A DNA stretch of 64,000 nt from Candidatus Eiseniibacteriota bacterium (GCA_963783375.1 CAWANH010000028.1:224001-288000), one strand, 5' to 3'; counted from the first letter of the stretch, positions 7,985-18,673 are shown. Notes: generated from the letters alone by a model not told the origin. Translations and numbers: made by a program.

Positions 7985-9484
7985 ATGAAGAAACCCGATT
8001 TCAAGACTTTGGGGGCGCTTCGCGAGGCCCGCTATCCCGACCGGACGGTGAAGGAGGAGATGCGGGCCAACCTCCTCATCGCCCTCCGCGAACGCCGCAA
8101 GATGTTTCCCGGCATCGTGGGCTACGACGAAACGGTGGTCCCTGAGCTCACGAACGCGGTCCTGGCCCGGCACGATTTCATCCTCCTCGGACTCCGCGGA
8201 CAGGCCAAGACGCGGATCCTCAGGGGGCTGGTGGACTTCCTGGACGAATGGATCCCGGTGGTGAAGGACTCGGAGATCAACGACCATCCCTTTCACCCGG
8301 TGAGCGCCCCGGCGCGGCGCGCGGCCGCCGAGGCCGGAGACGACCTGGAGATCGAGTGGATCCCCCGCGAGCTCCGCTACCAGGAGAAACTGGCCACCCC
8401 GGACGTGACCATCGCGGACCTCATCGGGGACATCGACCCGGTGAAGGCGGCCAAGCTCAAGCTCTCCTTCTCCAGCGAGGACGCGATCCACTACGGGCTG
8501 GTGCCGCGGGCCAATCGGGGAATCTTCGCCATCAACGAGCTCCCCGACCTCCAGCCACGGATCCAGGTCGGGCTCCTGAACATCATGCAGGAGAAGGACA
8601 TTCAGATCCGGGGATTCCCGGTGCGGCTCCCCCTCGATCTCTGCATCGTCTACAGCGCCAACCCCGAGGACTACACCAACCGCGGGAACATCATCACGCC
8701 CCTGAAGGACCGGATCGACAGCCAGATCCTCACCCACTATCCGCGGGACGTCGCCGAGGCGCGCACCATCACCGACCAGGAAGCGTGGACGGTGCGGGAG
8801 GAGATCGAGGTCGTCCTCCCCGACTACCTGCGCGACGCGGTGGAGCGGATCGCCTTCGAGGCGCGGAAGAGCGAGTACGTGGACCAGACCTCCGGGGTCT
8901 CGGCCCGGCTCCCCATCACCGCCATGGAGTGCGTGATCTCGAACCTGGAACGGCGGGCGGCGGCGACCGGGGAGAAGAAGGTGGTGGCCCGGGTCTCCGA
9001 CCTCCAGTCCGCGGTCCCCGCCATCACCGGGAAGATCGAGCTGGTCTACGAAGGCGAGCAGGAAGGGCCGCTCAAGGTGGCCAAGTACCTGATCGGGCGG
9101 GCGGTGAAGGGCGCGTTCGAGGAGCGTCTCCCCCAGGTGCACCCCCCGCGGAAGCGCGGCCGGAAATCCGAGGCCCCCGCCGCCCCCGAGCCGGCCAGCC
9201 CCTACCGGCCGGTCATGGAATGGTTCTCCCACGGGACGCGACTGGAACTGGCCGATTCGATGACCGCCCAGGAGCACCTGGCCGCCCTGCGAACGATCCC
9301 CGGGCTGGAGGAGATCACCCGGAAGCACCTGGACGCGGTCGAGGGGCCGGAGCTGGGGGCGGCGATGGAGTTCGTCCTGGAGGGGCTCCACCAGTCGAGC
9401 GTCCTGGCCAAGGAGGAGACCGAGGGCCGAAAGGTCTTCCTGGACATGTTCCAGACCATGTTCTCCGGCCTGGAAGAGAGCTGA
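7985..9484 (+). CDS. Magnesium-chelatase-like AAA+ ATPase
   Basis: Start MKKPDFKTLGAL; Walker A GLRGQAKT; ANRGIFAINELPDL; SANPEDYTNRG; LKDRI. Confidence 0.88.
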   Translation: MKKPDFKTLGALREARYPDRTVKEEMRANLLIALRERRKMFPGIVGYDETVVPELTNAVLARHDFILLGLRGQAKTRILRGLVDFLDEWIPVVKDSEINDHPFHPVSAPARRAAAEAGDDLEIEWIPRELRYQEKLATPDVTIADLIGDIDPVKAAKLKLSFSSEDAIHYGLVPRANRGIFAINELPDLQPRIQVGLLNIMQEKDIQIRGFPVRLPLDLCIVYSANPEDYTNRGNIITPLKDRIDSQILTHYPRDVAEARTITDQEAWTVREEIEVVLPDYLRDAVERIAFEARKSEYVDQTSGVSARLPITAMECVISNLERRAAATGEKKVVARVSDLQSAVPAITGKIELVYEGEQEGPLKVAKYLIGRAVKGAFEERLPQVHPPRKRGRKSEAPAAPEPASPYRPVMEWFSHGTRLELADSMTAQEHLAALRTIPGLEEITRKHLDAVEGPELGAAMEFVLEGLHQSSVLAKEETEGRKVFLDMFQTMFSGLEES

Positions 9485-9488
9485 TCCG

Positions 9489-10574
9489 GTGCGCTTCGCC
9501 TACCTGGAATGGGACGACGCCTTCCGCCGGTTCGTCCAGAGCATGGAAAACCTGCGGAAGCTCTTCTACCAGCTCCTGCTGCGCACCGACGGGGACGTGG
9601 ACGAGGCGCTTCGCTGGCTGGAAGAACTCCAGGCCCGGGGCTACCTCCCCGAGGACTGGGATCTGGAGGCGTTCAAGCGCCAGCTCCAGGAGGACAACCT
9701 GGTCGAGGAGGGCGAGGGAGGTCTCAAGCTCACCCGGAAGGGGGAGCGGGCCATCCGCCGGGAATCCCTGGAGCTCATCTTCGGGGGCCTTCGCAAGGGC
9801 ATGGCCGGCCACCACCGGACCACCCATACCGGGGCCGGGGGCGAGCGGCTCTCGGAGACCCGCGCCTTCCACTTCGGGGACAATCTCGCCGACCTCGATC
9901 ATCCGGGGACGGTGAAGAACGCGCTTCGCCGGGGCATCGAGGACATCGCCATCACCGAGGACGACTTCGAGGTCTTCGAGACCGAGCACAAGACCTCGGT
10001 GGCCACGGTATTGCTGTTGGACGTGAGCCACAGCATGGTGCTCTACGGGGAGGACCGGATGACCCCGGCCAAGACCGTGGCCCTGGCCCTGGCCGAGCTG
10101 ATCATGGTCCGCTACCCCAAGGACGACCTCGAGGTGGTGCTCTTCGGGGACGACGCCCGGCAGGTGCCGCTGGAGGAGCTCCCCTACACCGGCGCCGGCC
10201 CCTACCACACCAACACCAAGGCCGGCCTCCGCATGGCCCAGCAGATCCTCCGCCGCAAACGCCACGCCCAGAAACAGATCTTCATGATCACCGACGGGAA
10301 GCCCTCCTGCATCTGGGAGGAAGGCCGGCTCTACAAGAACGCCTTCGGGCTCGACCCCAAGATCGTGAACCGCACCCTGGACGAGGCCGTGCTCTGCCGC
10401 CGCCGGGGCATCCCGATCACCACCTTCATGGTGGCCCAGGACTCCTGGCTGGTGGACTTCGTGGAGCAGCTCACCCGGATGAACCACGGGCGGGCCTACT
10501 TCACCGGGCTGGACGACCTCGGGGGCTACGTCTTCCAGGACTTCGTCCGGAACCGGAAGAAACGGGTGCGGTGA
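9489..10574 (+). CDS. VWA-domain protein, partner of the AAA+ ATPase
   Basis: MIDAS motif DVSHS, HTNT and ITDGKP; starts 4 nt after the ATPase stop. Confidence 0.88.
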   Translation: MRFAYLEWDDAFRRFVQSMENLRKLFYQLLLRTDGDVDEALRWLEELQARGYLPEDWDLEAFKRQLQEDNLVEEGEGGLKLTRKGERAIRRESLELIFGGLRKGMAGHHRTTHTGAGGERLSETRAFHFGDNLADLDHPGTVKNALRRGIEDIAITEDDFEVFETEHKTSVATVLLLDVSHSMVLYGEDRMTPAKTVALALAELIMVRYPKDDLEVVLFGDDARQVPLEELPYTGAGPYHTNTKAGLRMAQQILRRKRHAQKQIFMITDGKPSCIWEEGRLYKNAFGLDPKIVNRTLDEAVLCRRRGIPITTFMVAQDSWLVDFVEQLTRMNHGRAYFTGLDDLGGYVFQDFVRNRKKRVR

Positions 10575-11800
10575 ACGCGCGCGGGCTCCCATCGCCGGTG
10601 ATCCTGGGGGCGGTCTGCCTGGTCGTCGGGGCCGCCGCCGCCGGCACGCCCTCGGATTCCGGGTCCGGCCAGACCGTCGACTGGGTCTGGTCCGTCGCCG
10701 CGCAACACCTGTGCTGTCCCGAGGCCGCGGCCCGCCTCACCGGCCCGGCTCACGCCGCCCTGCTGCGCGCGGCCGCGGCGGCGCCGGACGATCGTGCGGT
10801 CGTCGACAGCATCAACGTCTTTCTCCGCGGCCTGGGGCTCTCGCACACCGAGCTCCTGACTCCGGCCGACGTCGAGTACCATCTGTTCCTGGGCCTGAGC
10901 CTGAGTGAGCCGGTCTCCCATATCGGCATGCAAACCCGGAGGGAAGGGGGAAGCCACCGGATCCTGGCGGTGTGGGATGGGTTACCCGCCGACCTGGCCG
11001 GGCTCCGCCGCGGCGATCTCGTCGTCGCCGCCGATGGGGAGCCCTTCGAGCCGATCCTCTCCTTCACGGGAGGGACCGCGCGAACCCTGACCGTGCTCCG
11101 GGGCGCCGACACCCTGCGGGTGCGGGTCGAGCCGGTATCGGAAACGATCCCCGAATCGCTCCGCCGGGCGACCCTGAACAGCGTGCGGCGTATCCGGACC
11201 GGGGACGCAGAGTTCGGATATCTCCACGTCTGGACCTGTCTGGACACCACGCTCAGGGCCGGGCTCCCGCGCATCCTTGAAGGAGAGCTGGCGGGGGTGG
11301 ACGGGCTCATCCTCGACCTGCGAAACGGATTCGGCGGCTGGTGGCAGGCCTGCCTCGGCCCGTTCTTCGGAGAGGGCACCGCGTACTCCACGGCGATCGT
11401 CCGCTACCGGTCGGGAGCCAGAGACACGCTTCGCTACGCGGCCCGGGACGAAGCCGCGGAGTACGCGGGGCCCCTTGTCGTCCTGATCAACGAGGGATCC
11501 CGGTCCGGCCTCGAGTGCCTCGCCTACGACCTGCGCCGTCGGGAGCGGACCTGGCTGGTCGGGGCGCGCACCTCCGGGGCGGTGCTGGGCGCGAGATGGT
11601 GGTTCTCCCCCATTGACGATCTGGTCCTGTATCTGCCGGTGAACACCTTGGAGCTGAACGGGGAGACCTTGGAAGGGAAAGGGGTCCGGCCCGATCTCCC
11701 GGTACTCTACCCCGCGGATGATCATCTGGCTCCGGACCCTCAGTTCCACGCGGCGGTGGAGCTGCTGAAAGCCGAAGAGTCCTCCGCTCCACTGCGCTGA
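10571..11800 (+). CDS. Secreted S41 family peptidase with PDZ domain
   Basis: GTG overlaps the VWA stop; signal-like N-terminus; PDZ PADLAGLRRGD; GLILDLRNGFGG; LINEGSRSGLE; EGKGVRPD. Real 3' part of track ORF 9509..11800. Confidence 0.8.
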   Translation: MNARGLPSPVILGAVCLVVGAAAAGTPSDSGSGQTVDWVWSVAAQHLCCPEAAARLTGPAHAALLRAAAAAPDDRAVVDSINVFLRGLGLSHTELLTPADVEYHLFLGLSLSEPVSHIGMQTRREGGSHRILAVWDGLPADLAGLRRGDLVVAADGEPFEPILSFTGGTARTLTVLRGADTLRVRVEPVSETIPESLRRATLNSVRRIRTGDAEFGYLHVWTCLDTTLRAGLPRILEGELAGVDGLILDLRNGFGGWWQACLGPFFGEGTAYSTAIVRYRSGARDTLRYAARDEAAEYAGPLVVLINEGSRSGLECLAYDLRRRERTWLVGARTSGAVLGARWWFSPIDDLVLYLPVNTLELNGETLEGKGVRPDLPVLYPADDHLAPDPQFHAAVELLKAEESSAPLR

Positions 11801-11880
11801 GACCCGGAGACCCGCCCGAATCTCGCGGACCGGGCGGGACCGCGCGCCGGGGCCTCGGAGGGCGGACCGAAGCGCGCGGA

Positions 11881-13536
11881 CTATCCCTGGAACTGCAACG
11901 CCCGCACGTTCCGCCGGACCCGCCGTCCCTCCCATTGCTCCAGCAGATAGGCGATCCCCACCAGGGCCAGGAGGAATAGGCCGGTCCGGACCGTGCTCGG
12001 GTAGACCCAGGCGCTCAGGGCGGGAACCCCGGCCACCGCGAACAGCACCGTGGCCATCCCCACCAGGATCCATGCCCCGATCAAACGCCCCGACCGCTCC
12101 CCGCGCTTGGCCGGCTTGGAGAAGGGAAGGCTGGGATCGAAGACGTTTCCGAGCTGGAGGGAGAAGAGGGTGAAGGCGCCGAGGATGACCAGGTGGATGA
12201 AGGCGTGCAGGGGATTGTGGAAGAACCAGCCCAGGATCACCCACAACAACGTGAGATAGGGCACCACGAAGTAGAGCATGACGAAGTTCCGGGAGGCGGC
12301 GATGATCCGCTCGGGACGGGACGGGGTGGCAAAGTACACCCAGCTCGCGGCGTAGGAGTCGCTGGCGGCCAGGCCCTGGCGAAGCATGCTGGGGAAGAGC
12401 AGCACGGCCAGGTAGATCAGGGTTCCCCGGCCGTCGCCGGAATGATGCCCCCTCACGAACGGGTCGGCCAACGGACCCTCGCGAAGGCTCATGAACAGGT
12501 AGAGGAAGGTGAGGGGGAGGATGCCCAGGATGGTGAGCCGGAACTTCTGGTCGTACTTGAACTGGGTCTGGATCAGGAGCGCCACCGCCCGCTCCTCGTT
12601 CCGGCGGAAGAAGGGCATCCGACGGGTGATGCTCCGCTGGGGGCGCTTGTCTTCCTCGGCCCCGGCGGTCAGCCGCGCCAGGCTCTCCGAGTAGTCCAGG
12701 GAGAGCTTTCCGGTGATCTGGCGGACCAGGAGCGCCAGCACCAGCAAGGTGATGAGCGCCACCACCCCGTAGGAGAGCCGCCAATTCCCGCGGGCCAGCT
12801 CCAGGTAGGCGGCGAACCAGGTGGCGGGATGGAGCAGCATGAGAGGGCTCTCGGGGAGGGTCATCCCCTTGACCCCCTGCCGGGAGATCAACTCGGGCAC
12901 GAACATGTATCCCCCGTAGATCACGAAGGACATGAGGAGCTGCACGTAGGAGAGAATCCGGCGAAGCTTCTCCGGGTGCACGAAGCGCACGATGGCGGTG
13001 TAGGCCAACGCCATGGCCAGGGCCACGCTGATCCCGCAGAGGGCGGAGGCGGCCATCGCGGCCAGGCCCACCAGGGGACGGAACCCCAGGGTGAAGAAGT
13101 AGGCGACGACCGGAAGCAACCCCACCACCGCGGTGAAACCGGCGGTGTAGATCAGGAAGTGGGCGATCTTGGCGAAGAAATAGGTCCGCGAGGAGAGCGG
13201 ACGGTAGCCCAGGACCCCGAATTCGTCCGGGGAGGTGATGATGGAGTAGAACTCCATGAGCACCACCGCCCCCACCATGACCATGAGGTAGGTCAGGTAT
13301 ACGGTGCCGGTGAAGAGGAGGCTCTTGTTGGCCAGGATGAGGGCGGCCAGAAACCCCCCGGCCACCGTGTACATGAGGAATAGGAAGAAGAGGGCCCGCG
13401 CCCCGGTGGCGCCTTCCCCCCGGTTGCTCATCGCCCCCAGGCTCACCCCGCGGAAATCCAGCCTCAGGAAAAGCCGGAGCAGCACGCGGAACTGGTCGGG
13501 GTCCACGCCCCAGCGGTCCAGGAGACGGTCCGGCAT
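11881..13536 (-). CDS. ABC transporter permease (ABC-2/exporter type, multi-TM)
   Basis: Start MPDRLLDRWG overlaps the ATPase stop (TGATG); more than 12 TM helices; LGYRPLSSRTYFFAK motif. Confidence 0.8.
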   Translation of the reverse strand: MPDRLLDRWGVDPDQFRVLLRLFLRLDFRGVSLGAMSNRGEGATGARALFFLFLMYTVAGGFLAALILANKSLLFTGTVYLTYLMVMVGAVVLMEFYSIITSPDEFGVLGYRPLSSRTYFFAKIAHFLIYTAGFTAVVGLLPVVAYFFTLGFRPLVGLAAMAASALCGISVALAMALAYTAIVRFVHPEKLRRILSYVQLLMSFVIYGGYMFVPELISRQGVKGMTLPESPLMLLHPATWFAAYLELARGNWRLSYGVVALITLLVLALLVRQITGKLSLDYSESLARLTAGAEEDKRPQRSITRRMPFFRRNEERAVALLIQTQFKYDQKFRLTILGILPLTFLYLFMSLREGPLADPFVRGHHSGDGRGTLIYLAVLLFPSMLRQGLAASDSYAASWVYFATPSRPERIIAASRNFVMLYFVVPYLTLLWVILGWFFHNPLHAFIHLVILGAFTLFSLQLGNVFDPSLPFSKPAKRGERSGRLIGAWILVGMATVLFAVAGVPALSAWVYPSTVRTGLFLLALVGIAYLLEQWEGRRVRRNVRALQFQG

Positions 13537-14303
13537 CAGACCTTGTCCAGGGCGGCCAGGAACTCCGTGGTGGCCAGGCCGACGTCGCCGCCCCCGGTGA
13601 GCTTCCTGAACGCGTCCTCCAGGGTGGAGCTTCCGGTGGCGCGGGCGATCTCGTCGAAGGTCCCGTCCACCACCTTCCGCCCCTCGTTGATGATGGCGAT
13701 CCGGGTGCACATCCGCTCCACCACCTCCAGGATGTGGGAGGAGAAGAAGATGGTGCGGCCCTGGGCGGCCAGCCGCTTCAGCAGCTCCTTGACGATCATC
13801 GCGGCGTTGGCGTCGAGCCCGTTCAGCGGCTCGTCCAGGAACAGCACCTCGGGGTTGTTGAGGAGGGCGGCGGAGAGGAGCACCTTCTGCTTCATGCCCT
13901 TGGAAAACCCGGTCATGCGCCGGTCCCGCGCGTCGAGAATGCCGAAGAGATCCAGGAACTCCTCGATCCGCTGGGCGGTCCGCGCCGGTTCGAGGTGGTG
14001 GAGCCCGCCCACCATCTCCAGGTACTCCCCGGCGGTGAGGTTCTCGAACAGGGCCCCGGACTCCGGCACGTAGCCGATCCGGCGTTTGACCTCCACCGGC
14101 TCCTCCACCACGTCGAATCCCGCCACCCGGGCGTGGCCGTCGGTGGCCCGGAGCATTCCGGTGAGGATCTTGACCGTGGTGGTCTTCCCCGCCCCGTTGG
14201 GACCGAGGAATCCGAAGATTTCCCCCCGCTCCACTCTCAGGTCCAGCTCCGCCACGGCGAGGGTGCTTCCGAAGACCTTGGTCAGTTTTTCGGTCTCAAT
14301 CAT
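13536..14303 (-). CDS. ABC transporter ATP-binding protein
   Basis: GPNGAGKTT, FSKGMKQK, LFLDEP and SSH motifs; start MIETEKLTK. Confidence 0.93.
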   Translation of the reverse strand: MIETEKLTKVFGSTLAVAELDLRVERGEIFGFLGPNGAGKTTTVKILTGMLRATDGHARVAGFDVVEEPVEVKRRIGYVPESGALFENLTAGEYLEMVGGLHHLEPARTAQRIEEFLDLFGILDARDRRMTGFSKGMKQKVLLSAALLNNPEVLFLDEPLNGLDANAAMIVKELLKRLAAQGRTIFFSSHILEVVERMCTRIAIINEGRKVVDGTFDEIARATGSSTLEDAFRKLTGGGDVGLATTEFLAALDKV

Positions 14304-14520
14304 GGCGTGAATCATACACGTTTTGACCTTTGCGTCCGGGGCCGACCCGGTGCGCCGCGGGGCGGGCGGCGGCTTTCCCCGGCCCGCGGGGCCTCGCCCC
14401 CCCCGGCACCGGCGCCCGCCCGCCGAGGCCTCGGAGATCGCGCGCCCGATCCTCCCCCTTGCGGAATGCGCTCCGACGGTTTCTGATATTCTTCCCGACC
14501 TTTGAAGGAGAACCCGAAGC

Positions 14521-16419
14521 ATGAACACCGGACCCTACCGCGCGCCCGCGCTCGCCCTGATTCTCATTGCCGCGCTCGCCGCTCCCGTCCTCGGCGCCGA
14601 CCGCTCCACCGCCCCGGCCCAGCTCAAGTGGGATCTGTCCGACCTCTACCCGGATTCGACGTCCTGGGCCCGGGCCAAGGACGCCCTCCTGGCCAAGATT
14701 CCGGAGATGGCCGACTACCAGGGCCACCTGGGGGATTCGTCAGGGAGCCTGTTCGATGCGCTTTCCACCCTCATGGACCTCCAGGGGCGCTTCGAGCGGC
14801 TCCGCGCCTACGCCAGCCAGCTCCACGACCAGGACCAGCGGGAGAGCGGACCCCTGGAGATGGTGCAGCAGGCCGAGCAGGCCGGGGTGAAGCTACGCTC
14901 CGCATCCGCCTACGTGCGGCCGGAGATCATCTCCCTCACCCAGGCCAAGGTGGACAGCTTCCTGGCCGCCGACTCCCGGCTCACCCGGTACCGGCCGTAC
15001 CTGAAGAACATCCTGCGATGGGCTCCCCACACCCGCACTCCCGACGAGGAGAGGATCGTGGCCCAGGCCGGGCTCATGACCGGGGCGGGTGAGGCCGTCC
15101 ACTCCATCTTCACCAACGCCGAGCTTCCCTACCCCACCGTGGTCTTCACCCCCGGGGACACGGTGCGGTTGGACGAGCCGGCCTACGAGAAGTACCGCGT
15201 CTCCACCGACCGGGCGGTGAGGACGAAGGCCTTCCACGCCTTCTGGTCGACCTACCAGGGGTTCCGGCGGACCCTGGCCACATCCCTCTACGAGCAGGTG
15301 AAGGCCCACATCTTCGACAAGGAAGTGCACCACTTCGATTCCTGCGTCCAGGACGCCCTGTTCGGGGACGACATCCCGGTCGCGGTCTACCAGGAGCTGG
15401 TCGCCGACGCCCACCGGAGCCTTCCGACCCTGTACCGGTACCTGGAACTTCGAAAGCAGATGCTGGGGTTGGAACGGCTCGGGTACGAGGACCTCTACAC
15501 CCCCATCGTGAAGAACGTGGAGATGAACTACACCCCGCAGCAAGCCATGGACATGACCCTGGACGCGTTCGCGCCGTTGGGAAAGGCCTACGTGGACACC
15601 CTCCGGCACGGATACACCCGGGGCTGGGTGGACTGGCTCCCCAGCACCGGGAAGAGTTCGGGGGCCTACAGCAGCGACGTCTACGGCGTGCATCCCTACC
15701 AGCTCTTGAACTTCAACGGAACCTACGACGACGTCTCTACCCTGGCCCACGAGTCGGGCCACTCCATGCACTCGCTCCTGGCCGACGAGCACCAGCCGTT
15801 CGTGACCCACGACTACTCGACCTTCGTGGCCGAGGTGGCCTCGACCCTGAACGAGAACCTGCTCTTCCACTACGCCCTCGATCACGCCGAGAACGACGAC
15901 CAGCGGCTCTACCTGCTGGGGAGCTACCTGGACAACATGCGCACCACGCTCTTCCGGCAGGTGCTGTTCGCCGAGTTCGAGCTGAAGGTCCACCAGATGG
16001 CCGAGGAAGGCCGGCCCCTGACCGGGGACTCGTTGAACGAGCTGTACCTGTCGCTCCTGAAGCTCTACTACGGGGATTCCCAGGGAGTGTGCAGGATCGA
16101 CGACCTCTACTCGGTGGAGTGGGCCTACGTCCCTCATTTCTACTACGACTTCTATGTCTACCAGTACGCCACCAGCATGGTGGCGTCGATCTCCATCGCC
16201 GACCGGATCCGGACCCAGGAAGCGGCGGGCGACTACGCCGAGCGGGACGCCTACCTGGCCATGCTGTCCTCGGGGAGCGCCAAGTATCCCATCGACCTGT
16301 TGAAGGGCGCCGGGGTGGACATGACCACCTCCGCACCGTTCAACGAGGCCATGAAGGAAATGAACCGGATCATGGACCAGATCGACGTCATCCTGCAGAA
16401 GCGGGACGTGCTAAAATGA
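14521..16419 (+). CDS. pepF: Oligoendopeptidase F (peptidase M3B) with signal peptide
   Basis: KWDLSDLY, GKSSGAYS, TLAHESGHSMH, FVAEVAS, WAYVPHFYYDFYVYQYA. Confidence 0.92.
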   Translation: MNTGPYRAPALALILIAALAAPVLGADRSTAPAQLKWDLSDLYPDSTSWARAKDALLAKIPEMADYQGHLGDSSGSLFDALSTLMDLQGRFERLRAYASQLHDQDQRESGPLEMVQQAEQAGVKLRSASAYVRPEIISLTQAKVDSFLAADSRLTRYRPYLKNILRWAPHTRTPDEERIVAQAGLMTGAGEAVHSIFTNAELPYPTVVFTPGDTVRLDEPAYEKYRVSTDRAVRTKAFHAFWSTYQGFRRTLATSLYEQVKAHIFDKEVHHFDSCVQDALFGDDIPVAVYQELVADAHRSLPTLYRYLELRKQMLGLERLGYEDLYTPIVKNVEMNYTPQQAMDMTLDAFAPLGKAYVDTLRHGYTRGWVDWLPSTGKSSGAYSSDVYGVHPYQLLNFNGTYDDVSTLAHESGHSMHSLLADEHQPFVTHDYSTFVAEVASTLNENLLFHYALDHAENDDQRLYLLGSYLDNMRTTLFRQVLFAEFELKVHQMAEEGRPLTGDSLNELYLSLLKLYYGDSQGVCRIDDLYSVEWAYVPHFYYDFYVYQYATSMVASISIADRIRTQEAAGDYAERDAYLAMLSSGSAKYPIDLLKGAGVDMTTSAPFNEAMKEMNRIMDQIDVILQKRDVLK

Positions 16420-16524
16420 CCGTCCCTCTCGGTCCGTCTCTCTCTCGCGCCGCCCGGGCCCGTGGCCCGAGGTTTCTGTTCTGATTCCACTTTCTCACCG
16501 GCGTTTTGCCGTCGAGGATCCCAC

Positions 16525-18570
16525 ATGACCAAGCTCGATCTATGTCTGCTCGCCCTGGCCGTGGTCGCCGCCGCCGGCTCGTTCCGGATCGGCCGCGCGT
16601 CCGCCCAACCCGCGTCCGGTTCCGCCGGATACGACAAGGCGGACCTTGACCCGTCGGTGTCTCCCGGGACCGACTTCTACGATTACGCAACCGGAGGATG
16701 GCAGAAGGCCAACCCCATTCCCGCGGCGTACCCCAGCTGGGGCACCTTCGTCGTGCTCTACAAGGAAAACCTGGATCGGACCCACAAGATCCTGATAGAG
16801 GCCGCCGCCGATGCTTCCGCCCCCAAGGGAAGCGAGCGGCAGAAGATCGGGGACTTCTACTACAGCGGCATGGACACGGTGCAGATCGAGATCAACGGGT
16901 ACAAGCCCCTCCGGAACGAGTTCGACCGGATCGAGTCCATGCGCACCCCGGACGATCTCCGGAGCGAGATCGCCCATCTCCAGCGGATGGGGGTGGGAGC
17001 CGGGTTCGATTTCGAGTCCATGCAGGACTACAAGAACAGCTCCCAGGTGATCGGGTCGGCCGGCCAGGGCGGGCTCGGCCTGCCCAACCGCGACTACTAC
17101 ACCAAGGACGACGACAAATCGAAGGACATCCGCGAGAAGTACGTGGCCCACGTCGCGGCCATGCTCCAGCTCATCGATGAGAGCCCCGAGCAGGCCAAGA
17201 AGGACGCCGACATGATCATGGCCATGGAGACGGCCATGGCCGAGGCGTCGATGCGTCCGGCGGAGATGCGCGACCCCGAGGCCACCTATCACCCCATGAC
17301 GGTGAAGGAGCTGGCGGCGCTCACCCCGGACTTCTCCTGGCCCGGCTACTTCGGCGACCTCGGCCATCCCGGGCTCGAGTCGATCAACGTGGCCACCCCC
17401 GACTTCTTCAAGACGTTCAACACCCTCCTCACCGAACGGCCCATGGCGGACTGGAAGACCTATCTCCGCTGGAAGCTGGTGGCCTCCGCCAGTCCCTACC
17501 TTTCCTCTCCCTTCGTGGACGAGGGGTTCAAGTTCCGGTCCCAGCTCACCGGGGCGGAGAAGCTTCAGGACCGGTGGGAGCGGGTGGTGGGCGGCGAGAA
17601 CTGGCTCCTGGGGTTCGCGGTGGGGAAGGAGTACGTGAAGGAGTACTTCCCGCCGGAGTCCAAGGAGCGGGTGCTGGCCATCCTCAAGAACATCAAGGGG
17701 GCCCTGTCCGCCGATCTGGACACCCTGAGCTGGATGGACGCCCCCACCCGGAAGGCCGCGCAGCAGAAGCTCTCGATGATCGAGGACAAGATCGGCTACC
17801 CGGACAAGTGGCGGGACTACTCCAAGCTCACCATCGACCGCGGGCCCTACGTGCTGAACGCGATGCGGGCGCGGGAGTTCGCCACCGACCGCGATCTCAA
17901 CAAGATCGGGAAGCCGGTGGACCGGAGCGAGTGGTACATGCCGCCCCAGACCGTGAACGCCTACTACGACCCCTCGAACAACGAGATCGTGTTCCCGGCG
18001 GGGATCCTCCAGCCCCCGTTCTTCAATCCCGGCGCCCCCGAGGCGCTGAACTACGGCGCGGCGGGCATGGTGATGGGACACGAGATCACCCACGGCTTCG
18101 ACGACCAGGGGGCCAAGTTCGACGGCGAAGGGAACCTCAAGAACTGGTGGTCGCCCGAGGATCTGAAGCGGTTCCAGGCCGCGTCCAAATGCATCGCCGA
18201 TCAGTACTCCACCTACGTGGTGGACGGCGACGCCCACGTCCAGGGGGACCTGGTGACCGGTGAGGCCATCGCCGACCTGGGCGGGATGAAGCTGGCCTAT
18301 CATGCGTTCAAGGCCTGGGAAGCCAAGAACCCCCAGCCCAAGATGACCGACGGCTTCACGCCCGACCAGCTCTTCTTCATGGGCTTCGCCCGGGTCTGGG
18401 CCACCAACACCCGACCCGAGACCCTGCGGATGCGGGTCATGACCGACCCCCATCCTCCGAACAAGTTCCGGGTGAACGGGACGGTGGCCAACATGCCGGA
18501 ATTCGCCAAGGCCTTCAACCTGCCCATGGACAGCCCGATCATGAGCAGGAATCGGTGCGTGATCTGGTGA
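16525..18570 (+). CDS. M13 family metallopeptidase (neprilysin/PepO-like), secreted
   Basis: DFYDYATGGW, VNAYY, FPAGILQPPFF, GHEITHGFD, GEAIADLGG, DPHPP; signal peptide. Confidence 0.93.
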   Translation: MTKLDLCLLALAVVAAAGSFRIGRASAQPASGSAGYDKADLDPSVSPGTDFYDYATGGWQKANPIPAAYPSWGTFVVLYKENLDRTHKILIEAAADASAPKGSERQKIGDFYYSGMDTVQIEINGYKPLRNEFDRIESMRTPDDLRSEIAHLQRMGVGAGFDFESMQDYKNSSQVIGSAGQGGLGLPNRDYYTKDDDKSKDIREKYVAHVAAMLQLIDESPEQAKKDADMIMAMETAMAEASMRPAEMRDPEATYHPMTVKELAALTPDFSWPGYFGDLGHPGLESINVATPDFFKTFNTLLTERPMADWKTYLRWKLVASASPYLSSPFVDEGFKFRSQLTGAEKLQDRWERVVGGENWLLGFAVGKEYVKEYFPPESKERVLAILKNIKGALSADLDTLSWMDAPTRKAAQQKLSMIEDKIGYPDKWRDYSKLTIDRGPYVLNAMRAREFATDRDLNKIGKPVDRSEWYMPPQTVNAYYDPSNNEIVFPAGILQPPFFNPGAPEALNYGAAGMVMGHEITHGFDDQGAKFDGEGNLKNWWSPEDLKRFQAASKCIADQYSTYVVDGDAHVQGDLVTGEAIADLGGMKLAYHAFKAWEAKNPQPKMTDGFTPDQLFFMGFARVWATNTRPETLRMRVMTDPHPPNKFRVNGTVANMPEFAKAFNLPMDSPIMSRNRCVIW

Positions 18571-18635
18571 TGTGAACCCCGGAAACCGGCCGCCGCGATC
18601 AGCGTCCGCGGCGGGTTGACGGCGGTATCGATTCG

Positions 18636-18670
18636 GAGAGGCGGGCCCCCCGGCCCGCCTCTCTCTTTTT
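18636..18670 (+). terminator. Rho-independent terminator after the peptidase pair
   Basis: GAGAGGCGGGCC-cccc-GGCCCGCCTCTC-TCTTTTT (12-bp perfect stem plus U tract). Confidence 0.8.
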
Positions 18671-18673
18671 CCC

